Positions 8,721-17,806 of a stretch of 64,000 nucleotides of DNA are shown here, in pieces. The notes under the pieces were generated by a model. The model did no database searches. It saw only the letters and a program-made list of their open reading frames with translations, and had not been told where the DNA came from. The position numbers and the translations under genes are program-made. Numbering within the stretch: the stretch's first letter is position 1; every line of letters starts with the position of its first letter. The stretch is from an uncultured Gammaproteobacteria bacterium. GTDB taxonomy: Bacteria; Patescibacteriota; Patescibacteriia; UBA2196; CAYSSY01. The stretch spans positions 10,372 to 74,371 of the forward strand of contig CAYSSY010000003.1 of assembly GCA_964434055.1 (NCBI GenBank), given 5' to 3'.

Positions 8721-9596
8721 TTATTTGACTTGCATCAGCCAAATCGGAAAACACTGATCATTGCATCTAAAATAGCAATCAGCTAAAACTTTTTTATTCA
8801 GAATCTTAAAATATCTTTTTATTTGCTTTTCGACCTCAACTTCCCAAGAGACGCTCCAGGTTTTTTTCATCGGTTGCCACATCTGCCACATATCGTTAAG
8901 CAAAACGTTTAGTTTTTTATCGGGATGAACAAAATGATCTTTTCTAAAAAATTTGTTTAAACCTTTTATAATTAAAGACAAATCTATTAATTTCTTCCTG
9001 TAATTAAAAGTTAAGTTATGAAGATAAACTAAAAGTTCTATAGACATACAGGAACGATCGCGATAAAAGTCACTGGGGACGTCTTTAAATTTATTAAGAA
9101 CAATCTCATAATCTTCAAATGGAAAATCTTGTGGCACCACCTCAATCTTGCTGATAAAATAACCGCTGTTTTTTAATACACGGACAATCTCTTTTAAAAA
9201 TCTATCTTGCAAATTCCCAGGGACATTTGACAAAACAACATCTCCCATGGCTGCGTCAAAATAATGATCCTGAAAAGGCAAGTCGCACCAATTGCCGCGC
9301 ACCACGATCTCATTTGGATTCTTGTGCTTCATAATCGAAGTCATGGCGAGAATCATTTCCAAATTTAAATCAATAAAAGCAACTTCAAATTTTTCTTCAA
9401 AGGCTAAATCCCTAAGTTCTGGCGTGGAACCAAAAATTAAAACTCGCGGTTTTCTTTTTAAACCACGTTTAGCTGTTCTTAAGTGCCGGCGATATTCGGC
9501 AATGGCACTTTGAGAAGGCCGGCCCGGCGGCCGATAATATTTCTGCCACCTCTGAGCATAATCTTTCCATGGCTCGGCAAAAGTTTCTTTAGACAT
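8721..9596 (-). CDS. Class I SAM-dependent methyltransferase-fold protein, array paralog 1
   Basis: PPGRPS, LIFGSTPELRD, IDLNLEM, FDAAMGD, LKNSGY; likely start MSKETF at 9596 by comparison with paralogs. Confidence 0.8.
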   Translation of the reverse strand: MSKETFAEPWKDYAQRWQKYYRPPGRPSQSAIAEYRRHLRTAKRGLKRKPRVLIFGSTPELRDLAFEEKFEVAFIDLNLEMILAMTSIMKHKNPNEIVVRGNWCDLPFQDHYFDAAMGDVVLSNVPGNLQDRFLKEIVRVLKNSGYFISKIEVVPQDFPFEDYEIVLNKFKDVPSDFYRDRSCMSIELLVYLHNLTFNYRKKLIDLSLIIKGLNKFFRKDHFVHPDKKLNVLLNDMWQMWQPMKKTWSVSWEVEVEKQIKRYFKILNKKVLADCYFRCNDQCFPIWLMQVK

Positions 9597-9648
9597 ATAT
9601 ATAAATCTACCGCGAAATACCTTAAAAATCAATAATAAAAATTTATTT

Positions 9649-9744
9649 TGTCATACTGAGCCTGTCGAAGTATGAGCATGTCTGCCCACCGAATCGGATG
9701 GTCAAAGTATAAGTCTGTCACCCTTCGACAAGCTCAGGATAACA
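9649..9744. repeat. REP/REPIN-like inverted repeat element
   Basis: TGTCATACTGAGCCTGTCGAAG (9649-9670) and CTTCGACAAGCTCAGGATAACA (9723-9744) are 22-nt inverted arms with 3 mismatches. Confidence 0.75.
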
Positions 9745-9768
9745 TTGATAAATATAGTAAATCAAAAA

Positions 9769-10653
9769 TTACCAACTGCCACTACTGCCGCCGCCACCAG
9801 ACATGCCACCGCCAAAACCACCAAAACCACCACCACCTGAGCCGCCGCCAAAATGCCCGCCACCAGCCCACCAGGGCACATGACCCTTGGCCTTGCCAGT
9901 TCGATATTGTTTAGAAACGACATAATCAAAAAGCAAACCAACTGGAATTAAAATCGCTATTGAAGTTAAACCAAAATACATAAAACCTTTAAACAAACCA
10001 AGAATCACACCAACTACGGCGCCGATGACTCCCCCGAGCCACCATGATTTACTACGCGCCAAAATAGCAGACAGCCACATAATTACCATCATGCCCAACC
10101 AGATTATACCTTCCCAAAAAGAGTCCGAATGTTTGTTACCGCTGCTTGACTGACTGGGGACTGCTTCACCTTGAGTCGCGGATATAATTTTATCAACTGC
10201 GCCGTCAATACCTTGATAAAAATTATCTGCCTGAAAAGCCGGTTTCATGATTTGATTAAAAATCCAACTGGCCTGAGCATCGGTCAAAGCGCCTTCTAAA
10301 CCATAGCCAACCTCAATTCTCATTTTCCGGTCATCTTTGGCAATTAAAATCATCACGCCATTATCGCTACCTTTCTTACCAACACCCCATTCTTGAAAAA
10401 GATTTTCTGCAAAATTCTCAATAGTATCGCCTTGCAAATCTTTGATAATAATGACGGTTATTTCATGACTTGATTGTTTTTCAAATTCACCGAGTTTGTT
10501 CTCTAATAATTGCTTCTGGTCAGTGCTTAAAACACCAGCATAATCATTAACAAAGCCGGTAGGCGTGCCGGGATTATAATATGCCCCAGCCGTGCTGCCT
10601 AAAAACAGCACGGCTGAAACAATAAGAACAATTTTTAACAAAAATAGTTTCAT
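9769..10653 (-). CDS. TPM-domain (YgcG family) membrane protein
   Basis: GFVNDYAGVL, WGVGKKGSDNGV, RIEVGYGLEGALTD, Gly-rich C-terminus FGGGMSGGGGSSGSW. Confidence 0.92.
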   Translation of the reverse strand: MKLFLLKIVLIVSAVLFLGSTAGAYYNPGTPTGFVNDYAGVLSTDQKQLLENKLGEFEKQSSHEITVIIIKDLQGDTIENFAENLFQEWGVGKKGSDNGVMILIAKDDRKMRIEVGYGLEGALTDAQASWIFNQIMKPAFQADNFYQGIDGAVDKIISATQGEAVPSQSSSGNKHSDSFWEGIIWLGMMVIMWLSAILARSKSWWLGGVIGAVVGVILGLFKGFMYFGLTSIAILIPVGLLFDYVVSKQYRTGKAKGHVPWWAGGGHFGGGSGGGGFGGFGGGMSGGGGSSGSW

Positions 10654-11217
10654 TTATTCAGTCTGAAGATCAACTTGTGGGGCATTTTCTGTGCCAGCTT
10701 GGGCCTCAAAATACACCTTAGTCCCATAACCTAATTGCTTGGCGATCAAGTTGGTGGGAAATCTTTTAATGGCCACATTAAAACTATTAACAACATCATT
10801 ATAGCGCTTACGTTCAACACTGATTCTATTTTCCGTACCTTCAAGCTGAGCCATCAGTGTTTGCACATTCTCCGCTGATTTTAACTGCGGATAATTTTCC
10901 ATGACAGCCAAGAGTCTCGCTAAGGAACCTTCAACAGCAGTAGCGGCTTCAGCTTTCGCATCAGCACTGGCGGCACCGGCATAACGCGTGCGGGCTTCTG
11001 CCAATTCGGTAAATATTTTTTGTTCCTGAGTCATGACGCCTTTTACTGATTCCACTAAATTAGGAATCAGATCAAAACGGCGCTGATATTGCGTTTCGAC
11101 TTGTGCCCACTGATTATTAACTGCTTCGTTGGCAGTCACCAGCCGATTATAGGTCAGCCAATAGTAGCCGCCGATAATCACCAAGATCGCCACCAAGATA
11201 ATTAGAGCTTTCTTCAT
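10654..11217 (-). CDS. lemA: LemA family protein
   Basis: QRRFDLIPNLVESVKG, ENYPQLKS, LEGTENRI, FPTNLIA. Confidence 0.95.
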   Translation of the reverse strand: MKKALIILVAILVIIGGYYWLTYNRLVTANEAVNNQWAQVETQYQRRFDLIPNLVESVKGVMTQEQKIFTELAEARTRYAGAASADAKAEAATAVEGSLARLLAVMENYPQLKSAENVQTLMAQLEGTENRISVERKRYNDVVNSFNVAIKRFPTNLIAKQLGYGTKVYFEAQAGTENAPQVDLQTE

Positions 11218-11317
11218 AATTTTTTGGTTAATTAATTATTGATAATTTTTTACGACCTAAATTTTAGTTAATATTTTTTAGTCGCCGGTGTTGTTAGTCG
11301 TCTGTTGTCAATCATAT

Positions 11318-13138
11318 CTATACCTGTATCACCACTGGCAAAACCATAGGCCGCTTTTCAGTCTTGGAAAAAACAAACTGCCCGACATCGTTGCGTATTT
11401 TATTCTTAAGATAGTCATCTTGCAACGGCACATTTGGGTCAACAAGGTCGAAAATTTTGCGTACTTTCTTGCGCACTTGCTCAATTAGTTCTTTATTTTC
11501 TTTCAGATAGACAAAACCGCGAGAAATAATGTCTGGATTGTGAACGAGCTTATTATTTTTCTTACTAACAGTAGCAATCACTACAATCATACCATCCCCG
11601 GCTAAAATTTGCCGATCACGTAAAACGACATGCTGTAAATTAGTCACACCTAAACCATCAACAAAAACCGGATCAGTCACAACCTTTGTCTCCAGCACTC
11701 GACCGCCTCTTTTATTAAATTCTAAAACTGAACCATTATCTGGTACAAAGACATGCTTGTCGTCATAACCAATATCATAACCAATCTTGGCCACTTCTTT
11801 AAGCATAAAATGATTGGCATAAACCGGCACCAGATAATCTGGCTTAATTTGTTTAATAATTTCTCTGACATCACTGGCGGTTGCATGACCACCGGCATGC
11901 ACATCCATTATATCAGAATGAATAACGTTATCACTTTGGCGATAAATTAAATCTTTTAATTTTTGCACGGTTCGCTCGTTGCCGGGAATAACTGAAGAAG
12001 AAAAAATAACAGTATCACTCTTTTTGAATTTAATGTGCCGGTGTTCTCCATTTGCGATCCGAGCTAAAACTGCGTTTTCTTCACCTTGCGCCCCAGTACA
12101 CATGACAATAATCTTTTTATCCGGATAATCATTAACCTGATTAATTAAAATCAAATTTTTCAGGTCGAATTTGATATAACCAAGCTTTTTGGCTATTTCT
12201 ACATTGGTCTTCATACTGAAACCATCGACCGCTACTTTTTTTCCATGTTTTTCTGCTATTTCTAAGACCACCTTGATTCTTTCAACCATCGAAGAAAAAG
12301 TACCAATGACTACTCTCCCAGGAGAATTAGCAATAATGGTCTCTAGATTTTTGTACATTATCTTTTCAGAAACCGGCGGTTTCAGATAATTAACTCCCAA
12401 ACTTTCAAGCATTAAAATACTTGGTTTTCTTACTTTTGAAAGTTGACGATAATCCAGGGGACGACCAATCGGGTCATGTTCAATTTTCCAGTCACCTGGA
12501 TGAACAACTGAGGCTACTGGTGTTTCTAAAATGATACCCATGGCATCCATAATACTGTGCGAAACAGGAAAGGCTTGAAAAATAAACTTACCAAGGCTCA
12601 ATCTTTGGTTGTAGTCGTTGACGATCTTGGTTTTCAAATTTTTAGCCCCGCCTTTGTGATAATCCTCAACTCGAGCTTTAATCATATGAATCGTTAAATT
12701 GCTGCCGATCAAAATTGGATTACCCAACTTTTCAACAATAAACGGCACCGCACCAATATGATCTAAATGGCCATGAGTAAAAATTACAGCTCTAATTTTC
12801 TTTTCTTTACCCCTTAAATAATCGGTGTTAGGAATAACATAATCAATACCTGGCATATCCTCTTCAGGAAATTGCAGACCAATATCAATAACGACAATAT
12901 CATTACCATATTCAAAAACAGTCATATTACGACCAACTTCTTCACAACCACCTAAGGGAATTATCTTTAAAACTCCACCATCATAACGTTGCGTTGGTTG
13001 TCTATTTTCATTTGCTCTTGAATAGTAATTCTGATGTGATTGGTGTCTTTGTCGATCAGAAAAATTTCTCTTTAGTCTTTCAGATGAACTTCGTACTTGG
13101 GAATGTGTTTTTTGTTTTGTATTTCTTTGTGTAATCAT
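11318..13138 (-). CDS. rnj: Ribonuclease J
   Basis: PLGGCEEVGRNM, THGHLDHIG, TGAQGE, HAGGH. Confidence 0.96.
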   Translation of the reverse strand: MITQRNTKQKTHSQVRSSSERLKRNFSDRQRHQSHQNYYSRANENRQPTQRYDGGVLKIIPLGGCEEVGRNMTVFEYGNDIVVIDIGLQFPEEDMPGIDYVIPNTDYLRGKEKKIRAVIFTHGHLDHIGAVPFIVEKLGNPILIGSNLTIHMIKARVEDYHKGGAKNLKTKIVNDYNQRLSLGKFIFQAFPVSHSIMDAMGIILETPVASVVHPGDWKIEHDPIGRPLDYRQLSKVRKPSILMLESLGVNYLKPPVSEKIMYKNLETIIANSPGRVVIGTFSSMVERIKVVLEIAEKHGKKVAVDGFSMKTNVEIAKKLGYIKFDLKNLILINQVNDYPDKKIIVMCTGAQGEENAVLARIANGEHRHIKFKKSDTVIFSSSVIPGNERTVQKLKDLIYRQSDNVIHSDIMDVHAGGHATASDVREIIKQIKPDYLVPVYANHFMLKEVAKIGYDIGYDDKHVFVPDNGSVLEFNKRGGRVLETKVVTDPVFVDGLGVTNLQHVVLRDRQILAGDGMIVVIATVSKKNNKLVHNPDIISRGFVYLKENKELIEQVRKKVRKIFDLVDPNVPLQDDYLKNKIRNDVGQFVFSKTEKRPMVLPVVIQV

Positions 13139-13373
13139 AAACTATTTGTTTGATATATAAACATATAAACATTAGGTGTTTACTTCTAAAAAAATAATAA
13201 ATATGTTTTTAGAATCTTAATTAATTATTAACTTTAAAGATTATCTTTAAAGTGAAGTGTGCGACCAAGTTTTTAAGCAAAATTAATCTGCCTCGACTTT
13301 TTTTTGGTCTATATTGAAAAATTTTAACTAATAAATACTAACTTCTGAGATTAAAAGCTAGCCGGCCATAATT

Positions 13374-13676
13374 TGCCTTGAGGGAGAGTCGAACTCCCGA
13401 AGGGTTGCCCCCGCTAGCTCCCTTGCCCATCATCAAATGCCCTCGAGAGGATTCGAACCTCCAATTCTTTGCAGAAACTAGCTCCTGAAGCTAGCGCGTA
13501 TACCAATTCCGCCACGAGGGCAATTGGTGAGGGGTGAACTAGCGCGTATACCCGCCTGCCTTAACCTAATAATGAAAACATGATAAAGGTGTTCGAATAA
13601 CATCTAACCCTTTCACTTGAGTTATCAGACTAATAAGGCATCGGTGGGCAGACCAATTCCCTGCCTGTCGGCAGGC
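13374..13676 (-). pseudogene. Interrupted tRNA-Leu-like scaffold surrounding the intact tRNA-Leu
   Basis: 3' half at 13374-13421 (GCTAG, long variable arm, GGGAG-TTCGACT-CTCCC, TCAAGGCA); 5' anticodon-arm piece GGTATACGCGCTAGTTCA at 13535-13552; D-loop piece GGAATTGG at 13653-13660. Confidence 0.6.
13438..13521 (-). tRNA. tRNA-Leu(CAG)
   Basis: GCCCTCG acceptor, GGAATTGGTATA D-loop, CTAGC-TTCAGGA-GCTAG anticodon arm, long variable arm, GGAGG-TTCGAAT-CCTCT; CCA not encoded. Confidence 0.95.
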
Positions 13677-13694
13677 GACGCGAAATTACATAAA

Positions 13695-15536
13695 TTACCA
13701 AAGTTTTTTCCGTGTTTCAATATACCAATTACCAATATCATCAAAACGATCTTGGGGGGTCAAAATCCTAAACATGTTAATGCCTTTAACTTTTTCAGAA
13801 ACGACATAGGTATAAGTTGGGTTGTAGAGAAAGATGGCCGGAACCTCTGGAGCAATAATGTTTTGAAAATGAATATATTTATCATTCTTAACTGCTGTGT
13901 CAGATGTTTTTCTGGCTTCTTCTAAAACCTGATCAGCTTCTTTATTGGCATAAAGCGCTAGATTTAGACCAGGATCTTCAATTTGCGACGAATGCCAAAA
14001 TGGATAAGGATCGGGGTCCGCACCAACAATTTCCCCAAAAATCAAAGCTTGATAATTGCGCGGTTTGATAATATTTTTCTGAATTTGCGCTGGGTCTGAT
14101 TCTTCAAGGTTAACTTTAACACCAATACTCTGCCAATTTTTCTTTATGATTTCAGCAATACTTAAATTATTTTTGCGGTTAGCAACTGTCAGATTTACTA
14201 CTAATTCTATTTTATCTTTATTAGTTCTAATAGAAGCCCCCTCGGCTAATTTCCAACCCTCATTCTCTAACAACTCTTTAGCTTTATCAGGATTATATGA
14301 AAACTTTTCAATGCCTGGATGATAACCGGGATAACCGGGTAATAATGGACCATTGATTACTTTTGCTTCTCCTTTTAAGACATTGTTGACAATCGTCTCT
14401 TTATCAATAGCATAAGCCAAAGCCTGGCGCACATTTACGTTTCTTAAAATTTCATTTTGACGTTGATTTAAAAAAACGGCAGTATACTGAGGTAAAAATA
14501 GGGTGTAATATTTTAAATCTAAACGACTAATTAATTCTTTCCGATCATCTTGAGAAAGATAACTTAAACCGTCAATATTTTTGTTCTTTAAAGCAGTAAC
14601 GGCTGATATTGAATCCGGGTAAAACTTAAAAATTATTTTTTCTAAATTCGGTGAACCAAAATGATATTTTTTATTAGCAACAAGGGTATAAGATTTGATA
14701 TGACCTTTATCATCTTTAATTAACGATTCAAATAAGTAAGGACCAAGACCAACCGGCTTTAAATTTAAAGAGGCGAGCCTGGCATTGGTTGGCTCAATTT
14801 CCGACCAAAGATGTTCTGGTAAAATACCAATTGTTAAATTTTCAAGAAAAGGTGTAAAGGGCTCGTTTAATGTAAAGCGCACTTGATACTCATTTAGTTT
14901 CTCAACTTTTACCCCATTAAAAGCTGGACTGAGTGGACTGCTATAACTGCTATCCTGAACAGCGCTAGCAATTGTAAAAACTACATCGTCAGCATTAAAA
15001 TCCTCTCCGTCTGACCATTTAATGTCCCTCTTTAAATTAAAAGTATAATTTTTTTCATCAGCAGATTTTTCCCAATTCTCTGCCAAATCAGTAATCAGTT
15101 GCTGCTCACGATCAAATTTCAGTAATCCCGCATACATCAAGCGCGTTAAATCAAGATCAACTTGGTTCAAACTAGCATATAACGGATTAATAAGAGAAGG
15201 GCTACCAACAACACCTTCACTATATGTCCCACCAAAATCTGGTGCACGACCAATATCGCTTGTCCACCAGGTAAAAATCAAAAAAACTAATGAAATAGTA
15301 AATAATAAAAAAGACAGTCTCACCACTAACCATTGGCCACGAGTTAAAATTTTAGGAAGATATTTGAATTGTTTTAATTTTGGTCTTTGATTGTTACTAA
15401 TTGTTTTAACCAAATCTTCATCAAATTTATTTTGTTTGCGAAAATGACTTTGCAGTCGCGAGATCTTAGTAACAAATCTCAATTTTCTAAAAAAACCCAT
15501 CAGATGTCTACCTGAAGATTGAAAAAAAAATTTCAT
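13695..15536 (-). CDS. ABC-type peptide/nickel substrate-binding protein (family 5) with N-terminal TM anchor
   Basis: GGTYSEGVVGSP, WSDGEDFNADDVVFT, PVGLGPY, VRQALAYAIDK, DPYPFWHSSQ; start position uncertain. Confidence 0.9.
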   Translation of the reverse strand: MKFFFQSSGRHLMGFFRKLRFVTKISRLQSHFRKQNKFDEDLVKTISNNQRPKLKQFKYLPKILTRGQWLVVRLSFLLFTISLVFLIFTWWTSDIGRAPDFGGTYSEGVVGSPSLINPLYASLNQVDLDLTRLMYAGLLKFDREQQLITDLAENWEKSADEKNYTFNLKRDIKWSDGEDFNADDVVFTIASAVQDSSYSSPLSPAFNGVKVEKLNEYQVRFTLNEPFTPFLENLTIGILPEHLWSEIEPTNARLASLNLKPVGLGPYLFESLIKDDKGHIKSYTLVANKKYHFGSPNLEKIIFKFYPDSISAVTALKNKNIDGLSYLSQDDRKELISRLDLKYYTLFLPQYTAVFLNQRQNEILRNVNVRQALAYAIDKETIVNNVLKGEAKVINGPLLPGYPGYHPGIEKFSYNPDKAKELLENEGWKLAEGASIRTNKDKIELVVNLTVANRKNNLSIAEIIKKNWQSIGVKVNLEESDPAQIQKNIIKPRNYQALIFGEIVGADPDPYPFWHSSQIEDPGLNLALYANKEADQVLEEARKTSDTAVKNDKYIHFQNIIAPEVPAIFLYNPTYTYVVSEKVKGINMFRILTPQDRFDDIGNWYIETRKKLW

Positions 15537-15632
15537 AATAAATAAATGGATTTATCCAAATCTGATAAAAATTTAACTGCTGGTTCTAAATTATAAACCA
15601 GTCATCTAAAAACTAAGCTCTTAAAAAAGCAT

Positions 15633-15854
15633 TTAGGAGGAAATAATAAGGCGAACAATGCCTAAAGCAAATAGAAGAATAGCTAAAATAATAGTCAAAA
15701 CAAAAATTACTTTTTCCGCGCCTCGCTTGGTCAAATAAGCAGTGTTCTCACCACCAAAAGCAGCACCTAATCCAGAACCTCGCTGTTGCAGCAGAATACC
15801 AATCATTAACATAAAAGCAATAACAATTTGAATTATTTTTAAAATCTCAATCAT
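15633..15854 (-). CDS. secG: Preprotein translocase subunit SecG
   Basis: ILLQQRGSGLGAAFGG...TKRGAEK with two TMs; start MIEILK at 15854. Confidence 0.93.
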   Translation of the reverse strand: MIEILKIIQIVIAFMLMIGILLQQRGSGLGAAFGGENTAYLTKRGAEKVIFVLTIILAILLFALGIVRLIISS

Positions 15855-15935
15855 ATTTTTTAGTCTAAATTTATTTAAGCATAACAAATAATCGATTTAG
15901 TGTCAAGATTAAGCATAAAATCAAAAAAATACTTA

Positions 15936-17729
15936 TTAAAGATTGTTTTTTATTATTTGAGCTTTCTTGCGCCCAACAACGGCTTCTAAATCTTCAGTGC
16001 TGGCTTCTCTTGTTCCCTGGACGGAACCAAAGTGGGCTAATATTTTTTTCTTGAGAACTGGGCCAATGCCTGGCAATTCATCAAGCACCGAATGGTTAGC
16101 ACTTTTCCGTTGTCGTAAACCAAAATAAGAAATGGCAAAACGATGGGCTTCATCTCTTAACAGCTGAATTAATTTTAAAACATCAGAGTCCCTGGATAAA
16201 ATTAAGGGTCTCTTCTGAGTAGGTAAGTAAATCTCCTCTTGACGTTTTGCCAAAGACAAAACGGGCACATTTACCTTATATTCTTTAAATAGTTTCAAAG
16301 CCATATTAAGCTGAGGACGTCCCCCATCAAGAATGACTAAATCGGGTTTGGGCCAATTCGTGTCCTCTAAATTATTTTTTTTATCCAGCCGGAAACGTCG
16401 GCTTATTACCTCCCGCATCATTCCGACGTCGTTTGGTTGAACATCATTATTAATTTTAAATTTGCGGTATTGTTTTTTATCAAGCAAACCTCGTGTCAAA
16501 ACAACCATCGAACCCACGGCGAGCTTGCCTTGAATATTAGAGATATCATAACACTCGATTCTTTCAAGTTTATTTTTTGAGTTAATAATTTTCTGTAGTT
16601 CCTCAAGTGCCTCGCTGGTTGATTTCTCTTTTTTCTGCCAGCTGGCTGCCAAGTTACGGTAAAACTCCCGCGCGTTTAACTCACCCAGATCAAGAAGTTT
16701 TTTCTTTTGACCCATCTGAACGCTGATTATTTTATACTGACTCATGATAGGCGCTTGATTTTTGTTGATCACAATTTCCTGCGGTAGGTCACCGGCCAGC
16801 GAATAATACTTCTCCATAAATTCAGAAATAATTTCTCGACCATCTTTATCAGCAATGTTGGACAGACGGAAATTCAAACTATTAAGCAGCTTGCCATGAC
16901 GCACCACAAACACATGGACAATAGCTAAATCAGGAAAAACTACTAAACTTAAATAATCCTGATTAAGATTTTTGACACTAATAATTTTCTGCTTCAGGCC
17001 TATCTGTTCTATTGCCCTTAACTGATCCCTGATTTTAGCCGCTTTTTCATAGTCTTTTCTGGCTGACAAGGCAGTCATCTGTTGTTTAAGATCGGCTAAA
17101 ACCTCTTGAGTATTTCCTTTTAAAAACTGAGTAATATTTTTAAAAACACTTTGGTAGTCCTTTAAATCAGCCACACCTAAACAAGCGCCGGGGCAGCGAT
17201 GGATCTGATAATTAAAACATGGGCGCGGTCGGGCCGTTACTTTCTGTTGAGGCTTGAGACAAACAGGAAAAACCTTGTTGATCGTTTTTAATAAATCACG
17301 CGCTAAAACACTGGAAGTAAAAGGGCCAAAATATTTATCACGAGACGGACGATTCTTCTGCCGGCTGCCCCGCCGGCGCGTTAAATATATTTCCGGCCAT
17401 TTAAGAGTATAATCAATTTTTATGTAAACATAGCTCTTATCATCCTTAAAAACTATATTATACTTCGGCTGATGCTTTTGAATTAAATTGGCTTCTAAAA
17501 GTAGCGCTTCCTCTTCATTAGAAACCACAATATAATCAAGACTAAAAATTTCCTGAAGCATTTGTTGTTTTTGGGGAGTTAAAGCACGGTATTGATTTTG
17601 GTATGACTGCAGACGTTTCTTTAAATCTAGAGCCTTGCCTATATAGATCACTGCCTGTGATTTATTTTTAAATAAATAAACACCGGGTAAGTGTGGAATT
17701 AATTTTTTCTTTAATATTTCCTGATACAT
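15936..17729 (-). CDS. uvrC: Excinuclease ABC subunit C
   Basis: PGVYLF...IYIGKA (GIY-YIG), RIECYDISN, DGG, RDEAHRFAI, HhH. Confidence 0.97.
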   Translation of the reverse strand: MYQEILKKKLIPHLPGVYLFKNKSQAVIYIGKALDLKKRLQSYQNQYRALTPQKQQMLQEIFSLDYIVVSNEEEALLLEANLIQKHQPKYNIVFKDDKSYVYIKIDYTLKWPEIYLTRRRGSRQKNRPSRDKYFGPFTSSVLARDLLKTINKVFPVCLKPQQKVTARPRPCFNYQIHRCPGACLGVADLKDYQSVFKNITQFLKGNTQEVLADLKQQMTALSARKDYEKAAKIRDQLRAIEQIGLKQKIISVKNLNQDYLSLVVFPDLAIVHVFVVRHGKLLNSLNFRLSNIADKDGREIISEFMEKYYSLAGDLPQEIVINKNQAPIMSQYKIISVQMGQKKKLLDLGELNAREFYRNLAASWQKKEKSTSEALEELQKIINSKNKLERIECYDISNIQGKLAVGSMVVLTRGLLDKKQYRKFKINNDVQPNDVGMMREVISRRFRLDKKNNLEDTNWPKPDLVILDGGRPQLNMALKLFKEYKVNVPVLSLAKRQEEIYLPTQKRPLILSRDSDVLKLIQLLRDEAHRFAISYFGLRQRKSANHSVLDELPGIGPVLKKKILAHFGSVQGTREASTEDLEAVVGRKKAQIIKNNL

Positions 17730-17769
17730 AAACTAATTTATCATTAAAAACGAGGACTATTTAACTGTC

Positions 17770-17798
17770 TTGACACCTTAAACGTTATTTGATACTTT
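17770..17798 (+). promoter_or_regulatory. Putative sigma70 promoter of the DHH gene
   Basis: TTGACA-17 nt-TACTTT with extended TG; ATG at 17807. Confidence 0.55.
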
Positions 17799-17806
17799 AT
17801 CTTGAT

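Noticed and set aside
3567-9596. Methyltransferase array as restriction-modification DNA methyltransferases
   Set aside because: No (D/N/S)PP(Y/F) or PC catalytic motifs and no nuclease or specificity subunit nearby; PPxRPS is N-terminal and unrelated.
9672-9914. 80-aa plus-strand ORF and similar short antisense ORFs (e.g. 13617, 40704, 49735, 59715, 59740)
   Set aside because: Shadows of real genes, tRNAs or repeats on the opposite strand with no protein motifs.
13231-13253. Perfect palindrome ACTTTAAAGA-TTA-TCTTTAAAGT upstream of rnj
   Set aside because: Could be an operator or hairpin, but it is single-copy and AT-rich, so no function can be supported.
13374-13421. attR scar of an integrated element at tRNA-Leu
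   Set aside because: The 3' half differs from the intact tRNA in acceptor, T stem and variable arm, matching 5' pieces lie upstream, and no integrase is present; not fully excluded.
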